Positions 24,292 through 37,394 are shown, counted from the stretch's first letter. The stretch: 64,000 nt of DNA from Azolla caroliniana (GCA_043228905.1 JBHGNT010000153.1:451-64450); one strand, 5' to 3'. Numbers and translations: made by a program. Notes: generated by a model not told the origin, from the letters alone.

Positions 24292-27200
24292 ATGAACGCT
24301 CTTCTGTGCAGGAGCCTCACTGCTTCTGCTCCCCCTTCTTCAGAAACGAGTCCAAGTCTCGGTCTTCAAGCAGCATTTCGTCATCTGCATTGTTCCTCAT
24401 TGAGGCGAACAAGATCAAATCAAACATTCTTCTCTTCCTCTCCTTCTCTCCTCACCATAGCACCTCGACTTGGCCGAGTTATGAACGTTACCAGGAGCGA
24501 TTACGATTCCGGTTCAGCACAGTCGTCCTCTTCTCCTTCCAAAGGTGCGTATCAGCTATCTCCATTTATCGTTCGTTCACATAAATTTTGGTTCAATTTA
24601 TGCCACTTCCTTCACTATTTTGATTCAATGTATCATACCTTGTACTATCTTGATCGATTTCACCATTTCTTTAACTGGTTGATCCCTTGTCCAATTCTAG
24701 TTCTACTATAACAGGTAATATACCTCAAATTTTCATGATGACTGACTATGCAAAGTTTTTACTTTCCATTGTAGTTTCATTTTGTAGATCAAAGTTGATG
24801 GTTTTTGCTTTTGGTTGGACTGTGACTGTACAATCTCTGGAACGATTCCATTCTAATTCATTTTGTAGTTTAACGTTTTGGAAATCAAATAATGCTACAG
24901 GTTTGACCATTCAAGTTAAATTTGTTAGATTGTCAAAAGTTCCATTCTTTTGCGTTTATTTAGATTTGAATTTTGATAAAAAAAGTGATTGGACATTGAA
25001 CTAATTGGTGTAGATTTCTAGTTAGTCTGCTATTAGCTATGGCATTGCTAGTTCTAAAGGGGATGTGTGTGCTGAACAATTGGCTATAGCGTTATCCCGG
25101 GAGCCAGGATCAAATTTTTATTCACGAGAAAGAGTAAATAAAATGTGACTCATGTAGGTCAACAAAATTATTCGAATAGCAATGTGTGTGAAAAGTTCGA
25201 GGTAGAAAGATTAAGATGTGGCTCGTGTAGGTGAACAAAATTATTTGAATAGCAATGTGTGTGAAAAGTTTCAAATTGGTTTGGAATGATTCCATGTCAT
25301 ACTGGTGCCAATCCAGGCATGTCTTGGTATTCTTGAGGGAGCTTGCAGGCTCTCTATGTGTGAGAAGAAGCCCTTCTCCCAGATAATGCAATATCAGGTA
25401 TGGGTGAGTAAATTTAATTAGACTTGTTTTTTATATCCATCATCCAAAGGATCTTGCAAACAATGTTGCATAGGCCGGAATTTCTAGTAGAGGTTCTTGA
25501 TTAGGGTTTGTAATGTATGTTTGTACTTTTAAGATCCATCCTACAAAAAATTCTACTAGACGTATGCATTCACATAAGAGTGTTAGCCATGGAATGCAAA
25601 CAATGATGTGTGACATGCGGATATTTTCAAGGAAATTCTGCAGGTTTTCCACATACGAGGACAAAACAGTATGAGAAAAGATTACTTAAGAGTGAAGTTT
25701 ATTTTAGACATCTTGTTGATCATCTTCCAGAGATTCCCCAAAAGAATAGATCAGAATAGTGGGTATGGAGGCAAAGAATATCTCATAGGCTTGTGTGATG
25801 TATGTTTGTGAAGTCTCTCAATGTGAAAAAACAAATCATTCACTCATATATGATGCGATGTACATGGATGGAATAGGCTGTCAGTGGATGATCTCAATAG
25901 AAGTGCCATTTTCTCATTTCTTGAATCAGGTACTGAGCTGTATTCTAGTGTGGAAAAAATATGAGATTTAATTCTAACAAGGTGATGCTTTATCTGTTAT
26001 ATCTACAGATTTCTTCGGGAATCATCTTTTCCTGCTGACCCTTGTGGATTCATGAAATTTTGTTTTTGCTTTTAATTGTTAATAGAAATATTTTGATGCA
26101 AAATTTTAGATCTATTGCTGTTTGAGAAATGTAAAGCTGAATATATACACACTACCTACAAAGATTGAGTGTAAACAGAGAGTTAATTTAATGTACACAT
26201 TATGAGAATCCTCATAATTATAGAATGCAATCCATTGCGATAATCACTAATTAATACAATTGTAAGATATTCCATCCTTCGTTCCTTGGCATTCACCAAT
26301 TATTGACTGCACTTTATATGACATGGGAAGGCATTATAATGGAATGTACTTTGTTTACAGTTGTACTAGAAATTTGGAAGAATGCAGAAGCTGTATGTTT
26401 CGATGTTGATAGCACAGTGTGTTTAGATGAAGGTCTTGATGCACTAGGAGAATTTTGTGGTGCTGGGGAAGCTGTAGCAGCATTGACAAACAGGTTTTGA
26501 TTATTTTTACCAATTTATTCAGAATTTATATCAATTTTGAGATTGGTTTTTGATCTTGAATATTTCGAATAGGGCCATGAGTGGAACTGTGCCATTTGAA
26601 GAAGCACTAGCTGCCCGCTTGTCCTTATTTAAGCCATCTTTAATACATCTACAGGATTTTATTGCCAGCAATCCTCCCAAGTAAGTATTAAACTGTCCCT
26701 GTATTATGTACCATGGCATGTGTCCATTACCCTCTTTTCGTTGTAAAACAGTAACTATTTCAGCTATTTTTAGTGTTGTTTCTGTTACTTGCTGCATACC
26801 TAAAAGATTTCTCTCAGAATTATATTGTTCATGGATACAGTGGCTTGTCTCCCCTGATTTATTGTTAGGCAGTGTGTCGTATCATGCCTTGTGTTGGTTA
26901 TTTTACCTTCTAGAATGCAGGAAGCATTGGCTGTGCCAATACATGTCTTTCGCTGATAAAATTTTGTTTCCAGAATTACACCTGGCATCAAAGAGCTCTT
27001 TCACAAGCTTCAATCAAAAGGAAAGGTTGTCTACCTTGTATCTGGGGGCTTCCGTCAAATAATAGCTGTAAGTAATTATTTTTGGGCAACCAAATTTATA
27101 TACAAGCAATATTTATCTCATTATCGAAGAGATCGTTCATTACAACGATGAATACATTGAAATTTAAGATGTGCAAGAAAATTAAGGTAATGACAAATCT

Positions 27201-28209
27201 TACATCTATGAATCTGCAATGTTCATTCTATGGATTGCGCATTGTTGCAGTATAGATATCTTTTCTTTTGGTAAGATATGAATACAACCATGTGTCAACT
27301 TGGAAACTATGAAATCTTGCTGTTTAATAGACTGTGGTTTCTTTCAAGTGTCAACCGTAACATTCACACATTACTCTTGAGGTTTATAATTTCTTGATAA
27401 GAATTGTGAGTGTTAGATTTATTTTGACTATCTTCTCTGTGTATAATGCAGAGTCTTAAAAAAACATCAGATATCATTTGATTTTGCTTCATAGCATTTC
27501 TCAATTTCCAGTCACTCAAAAGTAGAGAATGTGGTGTAAATTTTTACAATCCATAGTATAATTAATGATTGCAATTTCGTTTACGATGCATGCAGCCAGT
27601 TGCTGAAATTCTGAATATCCCAGATGAGCGTATATTTGCCAACAGGTTGCTTTTTGATAAGCATGGTGCCTATGCCGGTTTTGATGCCAACGAGCCCACA
27701 TCAAGAAGTGGTGGAAAAGCTGCTGCTATTTCACAGATTAAGAAGGTATGAACAGCACTCTCACTTGAAGCTATAGTTTAGAAAATGGCCTACTTCATGG
27801 AGAATACAGTGAAGTCAAAACCCGTTCACTTGTACAATGATCTAATACATGTTTTGCTTGTTCAGCAATTTGACTACAGCAGGTTGGTCATGATTGGTGA
27901 TGGAGCAACAGACCTTGAGGTAATGGCCATTCATTAACTTTGCTTCATCTACTTTATATAGACCATTAGATGTGCATGATGGTAGTTCGATATTTTACTT
28001 CCAAACTAATGTCATATCTCATGCTCTTATACATTACACATATTCAAGACTAATTCAATTTGCTGTTATGTTTTGGTTTGAAGGCTCGACAGCCTGGTGG
28101 TGCCAACATTTTTATATGCTATGCTGGAGTTCAGTTTCGGGAAAGTGTTGCAGCACAATCAGATTGGTGTGTGTTCAACTTTAATGATCTAATCTGCACT
28201 CTAGACTAG
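24292..28209 (+). CDS. PSP: Phosphoserine phosphatase (HAD family), plastid-targeted. 7 exons: 24292-24544, 26361-26493, 26573-26680, 26974-27067, 27596-27745, 27866-27919, 28084-28209
   Basis: Ser/Arg-rich transit-like exon 1, then AVCFDVDSTV (DxDST motif I), RAMSGTVPFEEALAARL, VYLVSGGFRQII, EPTSRSGGKA and MIGDGATDLEAR. All introns are GT-AG with consistent phases. Confidence 0.95.
25143..25270. repeat. ~55-bp unit duplicated (period ~73) in PSP intron 1
   Basis: atgtg.ctc.tgtaggt.aacaaaattatt.gaatagcaatgtgtgtgaaaagtt occurs twice. Confidence 0.9.
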
Positions 28210-30640
28210 ACCATTTGAATTTTCAACACTAAGAACAAGAAACTCTTTCATTGGTTTTTGATACCCCTAAAAGCCTTTATACTTCATGTAAAGGTTATAT
28301 TAACAAATAACACGCAATGCTTAACATTGGAGGTTAGTTTTCGGTCATGCCTTTAGTGGTCCGACAATCAAATCCACCAATATGAATCAAAGTTGTATTC
28401 TTGATCCTTCAAAGGAACACATAAAAGTACTAATAATTTATTCATTTTCCTTTTACCTTCAAGTCAGTGTGGTAGTAGTTTAACTCCCACTCCACCCTGT
28501 ATTTGGGAAAGGACATTGGACCTTTATTTCAAACAGAAAAGACATCTTGAGACTCTATCTTTCATTGACACAGACGTGGTCATATACCAAGAGGTCTACT
28601 GTAGAGTTTGTACACAAATTACAATCCTCATAAGTGAGCTCTATTACTATCAAGATCTGGCCTTACAATTACAATGTCGTGGGTGCCCTTCAGTCAAACG
28701 AATTCAGTAAACACACATCAGATGTAATATTTGATTGGCCAAATGAACATTTTCTATGATTTCAAATGTGCTGTCTATAATTAAATATTTATATTTATAT
28801 TGCATTATATGTCATTTAAATATTGATGTGCCATCCATGAATTTCTAAGATGAGGAATGATTATGCATCTTGTTTTATTGCTTCCATGCTCAAATCCAAA
28901 CTTCCGATCCTTCTAGCCTTAGGATGAGACTGATTGCTATTACTAGGTTTATGTCAGCAACGATCATTCTAGGGACTGCCCTATGAATGCTCTCTTGTAA
29001 TCATAATTGATAATGGTAACCCCAACTCCTGTGTCTAGCATCAATTGTACAATGGCCCCATTGTTTATCATTTGGGAGAATTAAGCTCACATAATCAGTC
29101 TCAAATTGATTGGATTCCTACAGCATCCGATTATTCTAGAGTTTTCCTTTATGTTATTGTTACCTTGAGGTGTCCTGACAATAAGTTGTTCATAACCAAC
29201 TTGTAATTGTCAATTTAAATCATTCCTAAGTAGTTGTGTCAAGGTTTGGGGTTGAGACTTACTACTAGTTCAATATTTGACTTTGAGATCAAGCTATAGA
29301 TGTCTAGCCATTCAGCATGCCGCTACACATTTAGTTTTTGTTAGCAGAAGAGGGCGACCTTAACCTCTCTGTGTGTTGCAAACTACCCTTGCTATTAGGT
29401 TGTGGAGTTAAATTTTAATGCTTTGTCTTGTTGGGACTATTTCATATGATGGAAATCCCATTCCTCTAGCTAATCCCATCCTAGGTTTGCCTATCACTTG
29501 CGATAGCTTATTTTTGTTCCTTGTGGATCTATTATTGGACTTTTGGATATGTAGTCCAGAATTATTTATAAGGGTGATCTTTCTTGAAGGCCAATAGAGT
29601 ACTATTGGACTTTGGTCAAGACCTACTCAAAACTCCATTCTACCTTTGGCTTTATACACACTAAGGTAGTGAAACCTATTGTGTCTTGGTTTAAACACAA
29701 AAAATGCATAATGGGAAAAGCCAGCTCATTAATGAACCAATAGTTGAGCACAAAGAAGATTGAGAATGCAACCAAGACAAAAGCAAATGGCCTCTGATAA
29801 AAAAACAAATTGGTACATTGATTCAATGCCGTTATATACAAAACAAAAGTGCCTAACAAACATTCCATAGAGGTTCAACTTCATTAATAAGGTACACAAG
29901 TGCTTCCTTAACACATGGACAAACTATTTGTGCTTACTAAGATTGAGTTTGGTAAATCTTTTCCTTTACAATGTCTTCTGGAGTTAACCACCTTATCTTT
30001 GAGATAATAAAACCTTTGCCAGCATTCTAGAGTTAGCATATTGACAGGCCCAATGGTATCCTGGTGTATATTCAAAAATGTACTGTGAGGAGAATCTGGT
30101 ATATAGCCTACACATGAGGATGTTTTGGTGTAATTGTCTTCTACAGATTCATCCTGCTAATTTAGAAATTCACAATTTCACCTCTTTACTGAATTTGCTA
30201 AGCAACATGCACATAGTAGAGTCTTAAAGCCCTATATCCAACAGATTTCAAATATTCAATTTCTGTTTTTGACAAAGAGTAAGTGTTATATCCTCGATTA
30301 TGATAAGATGTACCACCACTTAGTGGAAACTATAGCTATAACTTGCATTGAAACATTTTTGCTAGATTCTACACTGGTCAATATGTATTCTGGGTTACAT
30401 AGAAGAATAAATCTTGCAACGCCATCATCTGCATATCCATGGATTTTTATTGCATCATCAGTAACATCAAGAAGAAGAAAATATATGCACATGGATTGGG
30501 ATGATGACATAAAACAATAGCTAAAGCTTGAATGATCATCGACAAAAGAAAATAATATATATATACATAGTCAAATGATGATGTAACACATCAGCTAAAT
30601 CTGGCACCATCATCATCAAGAAGAAGCCGGAAATATATGA

Positions 30641-31180
30641 TTAAGTTACAACGATTTCACCATACATGCCTGCGGCTGCATGAGGCTCACAAAAGAACTT
30701 ATAATTACCTTTCTCAGTAAGAACAACAACAAATTGCTCTCCCTGTTCATTCATATAATCCGAACGAGAGATCTTCTCTATCTCCACACTTTCCGGAACG
30801 CCATCTTTCTGAAAGATCACGTTATGTGGAAAACCTTTGTTATTGAAGAAGATTATTTTCTCGCCAGATGACACTGTCACGGAAGAAGGTACAAAATTTA
30901 GGCTTCCATCATCACTTCCCATTTTGATCGTTGTGGCTGCAAGAGAGGGGTACGCAGACAGAAGGATCGCCACAGCTGAAGATAGAGAAATCACTGCGGG
31001 AGCCAAATTTCGAAGAGGATGAAGAAAAGATACGATTTGAAGCCTTCTCCCGATATTTGATCCGCCATGGAAGGCCCGAGGAGAAGCAAGAGGTAGCTCT
31101 GTGCTTCGACTTGAGAGGGCGATCGATGTCGGGCAAACCCTAGAAAACACAGAGAAACTTGCCTGGTGTGAAGAAGCCAT
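30641..31180 (-). CDS. PETE: Plastocyanin precursor (atypical surface); intronless
   Basis: Bipartite transit peptide ending in a lumenal signal (...PSLA|ATTIKMG). Copper ligands lie in GFPHNVIF and FCEPHAAAGMYG (His, Cys, His, Met). The likely start is MASSHQ at 31180, with an alternative ATG at 31198. Confidence 0.92.
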   Translation of the reverse strand: MASSHQASFSVFSRVCPTSIALSSRSTELPLASPRAFHGGSNIGRRLQIVSFLHPLRNLAPAVISLSSAVAILLSAYPSLAATTIKMGSDDGSLNFVPSSVTVSSGEKIIFFNNKGFPHNVIFQKDGVPESVEIEKISRSDYMNEQGEQFVVVLTEKGNYKFFCEPHAAAGMYGEIVVT

Positions 31181-32339
31181 GGTTATATTAAATGTCATGG
31201 GGTAGAAATTCGATGAAATACCCCTCAGTTTTCCTTTATCTTTTTAAATGCCCCTTAAGTTTTCATCACAACCCAAAGGGCACACCTAATACACCGAAGA
31301 TTTTGTAATCATGAAAAACTCTCATCCACGAAAATTTGGAAGCACAAAAGAACTCAGAAATACCCACCCGCCCATGAACTCTGCTCCGTCTCTCCAAGTC
31401 CCCTTTATGTGAATCCACGGTTATATAAACGTCTCTATGAGGAAACACTCAATGAACATAGTTCATTTTTGGCCAATTCTAGACATCCAAAGGTGCATGA
31501 CACATGCACCTCACTTTTTTGGCTCCATTCTCACCATCGTTCTTCCTTATATTTTATTTAGTTAAAGCTACAACCAATTGTGAGGCATAAACCAACTAGT
31601 TGTCCCATGGGCATGTCAAGTGGCGATCGTCCAATAGTCATAAAAATAAGCTCATTATCTAATGTAATGTTCTTCTTATGTATCGCGTTGTGTTCATTCT
31701 TCTTGTCCCTCTACTCGGTAGTCTAGTATAATCAAATGCTCAAGGTCTGGAGGATAGTTAAGTAAGTTAGTTAATTTAAGCTATTAATTATGTGTGCATC
31801 TCAGTTTGAGTTGGTCGCTCAAGCAATAGGGACACTCTTGTCTTTTGTCCTCCCAACCCAACACTTTGGAGTTGGCCACCTTCAACCACCTAGCAAACCT
31901 ACTATCTAAGCATGTAGAACCTTAGAAGATAGGATGAACCAATTCTATGCTTGCCCTCTATAACCCGAGTTGCATTGGCTCACCTCTTGTAGCCAACCAC
32001 AACTCACTCAACCTTAGTTAAGCATACTTTGGTATGAACTTCCCATTGATTAAGGGGGTATGATTTTGGGCAAGCAATAATGTATCAATTCAAAAAGACG
32101 AATCATTTTACATTCATTGCTCTAAATCCATCTTGGGTGAAGAAACGGAAGGCCGAATACTCATAAATGTGGTTCCCTTTGCACGAGCTCTTGAATGACA
32201 TTGCTTTGAATCATGGTTCACAATTTATCTTACATTTTTAGAAGTCCCCCTTTCAACTCCTCGAGACCTAAACCAAACTACCATCATTTTTAGAAGCTCC
32301 TCTTTCAACTCCTCATACTGATGACCAAATAAAACAAAT

Positions 32340-33270
32340 AAATAGATCCTTGCGTAATATGTTTGGTACATGGTGAGTTTTCTACAAAATAACTTTATTC
32401 AAATTGTATTGCTTGTAAAGGTTTGCCTACAACAAACACCCTATGTTCTTGAATCAAAGTGACCTTATTATTGGCTAATTATGGTTTCCATCCACATATC
32501 AATGTGGTTATCTTTGCTAGTTCTAAAGGCCCTTCTATAGAAGAATGCAACATGGTACTAAAGGAGATTCATCACAACATGATTGTTAAGGTCATCCACG
32601 CAAATTTTAAGGCATAAGGATAAAGTTGATTGGTGATGACCACCTCGTTAAGTCAGCCTTAGTGTTCATAGACTTCACCTACAACAATACCCTACATTCT
32701 TTAATCACGATGACTTTGTTACTTGTTGATCATGGTTTCCATTAATGTTTCCACGTTGAACACATGTTGATAATTGAGGAGGTTTATGACAATTTGGCCA
32801 TCAAGCTCATCCACACCCAAGAAAGACATATGGATGAAGTTGATAATTGACAAACAACCTCACCAAATTTCAAAGCTAAGATAAATCCTAGTGATGACAA
32901 CCTTTGCTATAAATAAACTTTTGGCCTTTTGCCTCGCCCACCCCATTTTTGAATTGATGACGTTTCCATGAGATACTCCCAAAACCTTATCACATGTCTT
33001 TGATCCTTGATGGCCAACCTATGATGGAACTCGAGGTTGGGGATGAGCATGAAGATGAAGAAATCACATTGGTTGTAAATCAAGTATCTAGTATTGCAAA
33101 GCGTATGCCCATCATATAAAGATACTCGGGAGCTAGGTGACCACCTCGACAAATTGGAAGTGCACACTTTGGGAATTCTACCTTCTAAACCCGCTCCTCT
33201 TGGAAGTCCACGATAGAGGAGGAGATGATTTCGCAACTACCAATGAGTGAGGGAGTTGTAGAGTTATTTG
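32340..33270 (+). mobile_element. Degenerate Ty3/gypsy (chromovirus-like) integrase/chromodomain relic
   Basis: DFTYNNTLHSLITMTLLLVDHGFH (~32671; compare integrase EFAYNNs.Hs..gmSPF...yG.hP). IKYLVL...SYKDTRELGDHL (~33079; chromodomain-like). A purine-rich gagtgaggga followed by TGT near 33258 resembles a PPT/LTR start. Confidence 0.65.
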
Positions 33271-33886
33271 GAGATATAAATATTCCAAGTGGATTCTTCA
33301 ATGAATGCAAGACCAAGTAGTTGTTGGCATTGTGACCGATCAATCCAAAGGAACAATTTGATTAACCCAAACGCGGTGGATCAATGGTTGCAAAGGCAAG
33401 GCAAGGGCTTGTTAAAGAATGCAAATGGTTTTCGATAGTCTAGTAACCGAAGCATGAAGTAATGAATGGTTTTCGATAGTCTCGTAAGGACATGTTTATC
33501 TTTGTTAGGGTGGGCCCATTGGATATTAATTATGTTGGGAGGATGGCATCGTCGCCATTTGCGGTAGATCAGTCACTCAATGAAAACCGGACACACACAC
33601 ACACACACACCAGATGTAAAAGTCTGACGAAGAAGACAAGGAAACGAAGAGTGCGTGTGTGGGGGGGGGGGGGGACCATTTTGTTACTTGACACGTGGGG
33701 GAAAAATAAAGAAAAAGAGCACAACTTAAAGATCGAACAAACCCAGCACTTTAAAGAAAAAGAAGAAAGAAGCAGCAACAGCATCTTCTTTTCACACACG
33801 TGGACACACACGAGAACCACCAAAAATCTCCCGCCCTACAGAATACACACTCACTCAAAAGAACGGGGAGAACATTAGAAATTTAG

Positions 33887-33935
33887 AAGAAGAAGAAGAA
33901 GAAGAAGAAGAAGGAAGGAAGAAAGAAGGAAGAAG
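33887..33935. repeat. (GAA)n purine tract in the 5' leader of the extensin-like gene
   Basis: gaagaagaa... run immediately upstream of the ATG at 33947. Confidence 0.9.
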
Positions 33936-33946
33936 GCAATCCCGCC

Positions 33947-35469
33947 ATGCCTCCTCCTCTGCTCTCTTTCTCCTTCTTCACATTCCTCTTCCTCTTCCTC
34001 CTTCTTGTCTGCTCCCCCGCTTGCTGTGGCGGAGACGACGCCTCATCCTCCTCTCGGGATGAGAAGCATCATCATCATCATCATCATCATCATCTCGTCT
34101 CTGGGAGCGACTCTCCCTACGACCATGGCCTTCTCCACCTGCTGCCTCTGCCTCTGCCTCTGACTCTTCTTCACGAGAGTAGCAGCAGTAGGTATTGGCG
34201 TTTCTCGGCAGATGGAGGAGGAGATATACGTGCAGAGTATGATGATGATGAGGCTCCAGCTCCCTCACCATCTTCTTCTTCTTCTTCTTCTTCTTCTCCA
34301 CCGCCCGCTTCGCCTCCGCCTCCGCCTCCTTCTCCACCTCCTCCTTCTCTATCGCCGCCACCTCCACCACCATCTCCATCTCCACCGCCTCCATCTCCAC
34401 CTCCACCATCTCCACCGCCTCCTTCTCCCCCACCACCATCTCCATCTCCACCGCCTCCTTCTCCCCCACCACCATCTCCATCTCCACCGCCTCCTTCTCC
34501 CCCACCACCATCTGCATCTCCACCGCCTCCTTCTCCCCCACCGCCTTCTCCTCCACCTCCATCTCCTCCGCCGCCTTCTCCTCCACCTCCTTCTCCTCCG
34601 CCGCCATCTCCTCCACCTCCACCTCCATCTCCTCCTCCGCCTTCTCCTCCACCTCCACCTCCACCTCCATCTCCTCCTCCGCCTTCTCCTCCACCTCCAC
34701 CTCCATCTCCTCCTCCGCCTTCTCCCCCGCCTCCGCCTCCATCTCCTCCTCCGCCACCTTCTCCTCCTCCACCTCCACCCCCGTCTCCGCCTCCTCCCGC
34801 CCCATTCGCTCTGCTCGCCTCCCTCTCCGTCTCCGCTGGATCCCTCTCCCCCGACTTTAGCCCGTCCATTCTCAACTACGCCGTCGCCGTCGACGCCGAC
34901 GTCAGCTCCGTCACTGTCACCCCGCTTGTACCCGAGGATGTGGTAACAATTTAATAGAATTTGTAGTTCTGACTTGTCCTTCCAAAAACATCATTCCCCA
35001 GTTTTCTTTTAACCGTCCAATGTGGTTGGAACTTTGGGGGGGCGGGGAATTCCAGGTTGCTGCCGGTTACCTTCTGAGCGTGAATGGGACGGCCATCAAA
35101 AGCGGAGAGACCAGCTCTCAGTTGGCAGTTGGGCAGCCCGGAGAAACGTCCACAGTTCTCATCGACTTAGCGTCCAACGGTTATCAGCCCTCCACGTACA
35201 CCCTGTCCTTTAGCCGAGGTAACCCCCGTACTCACGCACTTTTTTTTTCTTTCTTGTATCCATCTCCCAATTCACCCCATTTCACACTACTAATGATGTT
35301 TCCTTGTCTTACAGGCACTAGTGGTGCCAACGGTGGCCTCATCGCACTCATCATCATCCTCGCTCTCTTGGTGGTGGGAGCTATTGTCATTATCTTGTAC
35401 AAGAAGGGTTGGATCCCTTGGTTTGCACCGAGATCCACTTCCGACTATCGGCCCTTATCTCAAGCCTAG
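33947..35469 (+). CDS. Chimeric extensin-like type I membrane protein: signal peptide, His tract, SP3-SP7 repeats, cadherin-like beta-sandwich, TM helix, short cytosolic tail. Exons 33947-34942, 35056-35218, 35315-35469
   Basis: Hydrophobic N-terminus, H9 tract and ~170 aa of Ser-Pro(n). The spliced domain reads LLASLSVSAGSLSPDFSPSILNYAVAVDADVSSVTVTPLVPEDV|VAAGYLLSVNGTAIKSGETSSQLAVGQPGETSTVLIDLASNGYQPSTYTLSFSR. TM is LIALIIILALLVVGAIVIILY followed by KK. GT-AG introns are in phase. Confidence 0.88.
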
Positions 35470-37394
35470 CCCTTCCTCCTCCTCCTCCTCCTCCTCCCGG
35501 TAGTTTTGTAACCATCTATATGCTCTCAATGTAAGTGTCAACGAACAACTTTCACAATCTTTTGGTAGGATTGGGATCAGAATAGCTCTCGGTATTTCTC
35601 ATTGTATATGATCTGATCCCCGTACTCTTTTTGCTATCCACCACACTCTGTCCCAGTCCCAGTGTTTGGGGATCCAAAGGATTTCATTTGAAATGTCTAC
35701 CCTTGCCCTTATGTACCTCTCTACAAGAAGGATGTACCTCTTTTTACATTAACGTCCTGACTCCTTACTAAGAACTACTGGATAGTAGATTCTTCAAATC
35801 TACGTGTTACTTCATTGATGTTACAAGGTGAAAAAGTTTCCACATCTTGAAGACCAATTACTATCAGTAAATGAACATTGGCTATTTCATCAGTCTTTGC
35901 AACATGAATTTGTATGGTTAGGGTTCAGGTCATAAAATTGTCTATGTGGTTGTAGCACAATCTCACATTGTCTTGTTTACCATGGTGAGTCACTCTATTG
36001 AAGAGTGGACTTGTTAAGGATGGAGGTTAATGAAATACAAGTGTTAGGGATTTAAGAAAATTCACGTAATTAGCTAAATGCGATAGTAACACTTGATAAA
36101 TAAAAAATTGGTAAAATTAAAATCTGCCTACGGTCTACCCAAGGAAAAGGTCCCCCCTGCTTGTTTCCATAAAGAATACAGTACACTAATTATACATAAA
36201 AAATTTGTGAGATTCTACAATTTCTTTTCCAAGAAAGTTTAAAATGTTGCTTCTCCAAAATATGCCCAGTGTCTTCGTAATTGAAGATATATTTTTAACT
36301 AATTGTAAATTTGTAATATAGAAACTTGTTTGACAGTGATGTGATCTCTTAACTAAATGGCTACAGGGCATGGCATATGCACTGTCTGTCGTTGTAGATC
36401 ATCCAACTCCCTTCAATCATCTCATGATCACCACTATTGATTATGACAAGTGAAATAAGACCTGGTTATGATCAAACCATTCCCAACTGATAATCAAAGC
36501 ATGTAACTTCAATCATCTGTTGATCGTGTGAGCTCTTCTATCAATGCCATGTTTGTATCTTAAAATAGTATAAGACATTGGTTTCTGTTGACTGTATACA
36601 GTGAGCAGTCACCTCCTCTCACTCTGAGCTTTTTTATCAATTTCAAGTGTACCTCTTTTGTTTTTTCTAAAACAAAATATCCTTCCATTAGTTTTTAAAA
36701 AACTCATAACTACAACATACAAAATATTTTTCCCAAGCCGGTCTTGTGTAAGAAAATGGCTGCGGAAACAAATCTATGTACTCCAAACCACGTCTACCTC
36801 TTTTAATATAATAAGACCTCAAAACTTAAGTTCTTGATAGAATTAAAACTTATGTTCTTAATGCATGCGTCCTTCAAAAGAAATATATATATAATGTGGA
36901 ACCAATTCATTAACTTAAATTTGCCATCACATATCAACGAGGGAATGAAATACAATTTAAATGTCATCTCATATCAATGACAACATGCAAGATTTCGATT
37001 ATTTGAAAAGGGCATTGGATCTAACACACATTCTTGGCTAGTTTATCAGAAATTTAATAAGAAAGGACAATAAGAAAACATGGTATCATTGCTAAAAACT
37101 GTCGCAATAGTTTTGAAGAGTTTTTGGACAGTACACTGGTTGATAGACAACAAACATTATAATATAACCTGAGCCTGCTTGAGACATCAACAAATTACAT
37201 ATTGCCTGGCAAACCACATTTCCAAACACATAAAAGAATTAAGGGTCCCAAAATACCTCTTGATTAGAAGCCATGATTGACGGTAAGGTGTTAAGAGTGC
37301 ATGTGAGGTGCATGCACTATGAAAAAAAAATTCTCAAGGATGTGATGGAATCCTTAAATTCTAGAAGGTTGAGGAAGCCAAGTGCCTTTCGCAA

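Noticed and set aside
28900-30200. Possible retrotransposon pol remnant between PSP and plastocyanin
   Set aside because: Too degraded to assign diagnostic motifs by eye.
33978-34946. Long Gly-rich, Glu-rich and Leu/His-rich ORFs overlapping the extensin
   Set aside because: These are alternative-frame and antisense shadows of the Ser-Pro repeat, which has no stops in those frames.
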